From positions 1,054,001-1,118,000 of the forward strand of contig CDRNVI010000030.1 of assembly GCA_977017575.1 (NCBI GenBank): a stretch of DNA of 64,000 nucleotides. Reading direction: 5' to 3'. Origin of the DNA: Paramoeba atlantica (lineage: Eukaryota > Protista > Discosea). Below are positions 62,775-64,000 of this stretch, piece by piece. The notes under the pieces were generated by a model, which saw only the letters and a program-made list of their open reading frames with translations, searched no databases and was not told the origin of the DNA. The position numbers and the translations under genes are program-made. Position 1 is the stretch's first letter. Every line of letters starts with the position of its first letter.

Positions 62775-63587
62775 TCAAGATAATCTAAGAATACTTCGGA
62801 CTCTTCGCCCTAATCGGGTGAACCAAGATGCATCTGCCAAGGCGTCATTTTTTCTCTTCAGCCGCACGTCAACTTGAACAATGGGATTCGTTTCCAAATA
62901 ACCGAAATATAGACTATATGGCTTCATATCGAACAAAGAAGTATCAATAGGACAGTGTACCATTTCATAGTCTTCATTTCTCGACCTCAAGCATACTATT
63001 CGACGAGATATATCTCGCATTGAAAGATCGCCTTCTAGTGTGTCATCCGTCAAATTTGTTGTGCGAAACCTAATGGTGGGATGCTTTCTAGCGTCCAGAA
63101 CGTAGCTCGAGATGATTTCATAATCAAGAGCAGCTTTCTGGGCTTCAGACAATGGAGTATATTCACTATTCGGTCGCCACGAGTTATGAGAGTTCGCCAC
63201 TTCGTGTAGGGAGCCTACATTCTTTTGGGTAGAAGAGTCCGGGATCGCCCCTAGCGTACGTAAAGAAAAAGTGTCGAACCAGGCCTCCGGCAGTCCCCTT
63301 ACTTTGGATATGTCTATGGAAAAGTTCTTGCAAGCTATCCTAAAGTTATTACCCCAACTTGCCAGTCTGCCTTGCTTAAATACGGACACCTCCACTTCTG
63401 CTTCGGGGTATATCCAATTCGTAGTCATAAATAAAGAAGCCAAAAAACAAGAGACGTAACAAGAAAATCTGTACCATATTGAATGAAGCTCACTAGTACG
63501 GATACACAGGCGGGGTAAGTAATGACACACAACATTAATTCGACGAAACGCTTCTGAAAAAAAATGTTGCTCACCTCTAGGCCTCAA
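62775..63587 (-). CDS. YceI-like lipid/polyisoprenoid-binding protein
   Basis: AEVEVSVFKQGRLASWG...VLDARKHPTIRFRTT...LEGDLSMRDISRRI fits the YceI beta-barrel pattern. Likely start is MTTNW at 63428. Confidence 0.65.
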   Translation of the reverse strand: MRPRGEQHFFSEAFRRINVVCHYLPRLCIRTSELHSIWYRFSCYVSCFLASLFMTTNWIYPEAEVEVSVFKQGRLASWGNNFRIACKNFSIDISKVRGLPEAWFDTFSLRTLGAIPDSSTQKNVGSLHEVANSHNSWRPNSEYTPLSEAQKAALDYEIISSYVLDARKHPTIRFRTTNLTDDTLEGDLSMRDISRRIVCLRSRNEDYEMVHCPIDTSLFDMKPYSLYFGYLETNPIVQVDVRLKRKNDALADASWFTRLGRRVRSILRLS

Positions 63588-63782
63588 GGCCTAGAATGTG
63601 ACCATGCCAAACATCAGTTCCCTTCTATTCACATCGTTTTCGAGGCATTCAATCCACTTGAATCTACACGTTAAAAACAACATGTGGAGATCATAGAACT
63701 ATAAAACAATGGTCTTGAAAATCCAAGTGTGTCTGGAGTGATAGTATGCGAGAAGAATTTCGTAAGAACATTCCGCCTGGTA

Positions 63783-63998
63783 TTACCTAGGCCATGAGTG
63801 TTCTGTGCCATGCGGCGGGGTAGCCTCGTGAGGACCTATTTTATATTCCTGCGTGGGCTTCTCCGTCCTAAATTTATACTCCGGACTTCCCCATCGTTCC
63901 ACCGGCTGGTCTCGCTTCATCGACTCCACAGTCTGGAGTTTGTGTTGAACGTTCCGCGCGGCTAGCTGGTAGCAATAGTTAATCGTCCGCAGGTACTT
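63783..63998 (-). CDS. 3' end of a gene entering from beyond the window
   Basis: Open frame from the window edge, KYLRTINYCYQLAARNVQHKLQTVESMKRDQPVERWGSPEYKF...HSWPR, ending at TAA 63783-63785; absent from the track. Confidence 0.5.
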   Translation of the reverse strand, partial: KYLRTINYCYQLAARNVQHKLQTVESMKRDQPVERWGSPEYKFRTEKPTQEYKIGPHEATPPHGTEHSWPR

Positions 63999-64000
63999 CC

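Noticed and set aside
1-64000. Spliced-leader RNA gene, rRNA, telomeric repeats and a non-standard genetic code
   Set aside because: No CAGTTTCTGTA-type leader core or tandem TTAGGG was noticed by eye. Conserved genes translate without internal stops under the standard code and end in TAA, TAG or TGA.

Overview
Eukaryotic nuclear DNA with kinetoplastid-like organisation. About 27 intron-less protein genes all lie on the minus strand, with no strand switch in 64 kb. The gene set points to a Perkinsela-like kinetoplastid; this is an inference from gene order and protein style, not from a search. It includes CWC21, SYF2, NMD3, TRM10, CNOT9, a zf-PARP/Rad16 helicase, a frameshifted MCM4, a catalytically altered rhodanese, a short LRR protein, a long LOG-family protein and a YceI-like protein. 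The only plus-strand coding traces are two decayed DNA transposases (DDE_Tnp_4/IS5-Harbinger-like and hAT-like). Best observations: (1) two adjacent large genes each carry three copies of the same unrecognised ~150-aa Cys/His-rich module, fused to different C-termini (TPR/helical versus coiled coil plus tail anchor); (2) a family of TA-flanked non-autonomous elements with CTGT-C(n) terminal inverted repeats, with two intact ~1 kb copies plus remnants; (3) at least six GC-rich islands where the plus strand flips from C-rich to G-rich, shifting codon choice and even amino-acid composition; (4) a gene-free repeat island at 40.4-43.5 kb with near-perfect hairpins, a 27-bp array and inverted partner arrays. 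No rRNA, tRNA, spliced-leader RNA or CRISPR array was recognised. Everything was read by eye; no database search was run.
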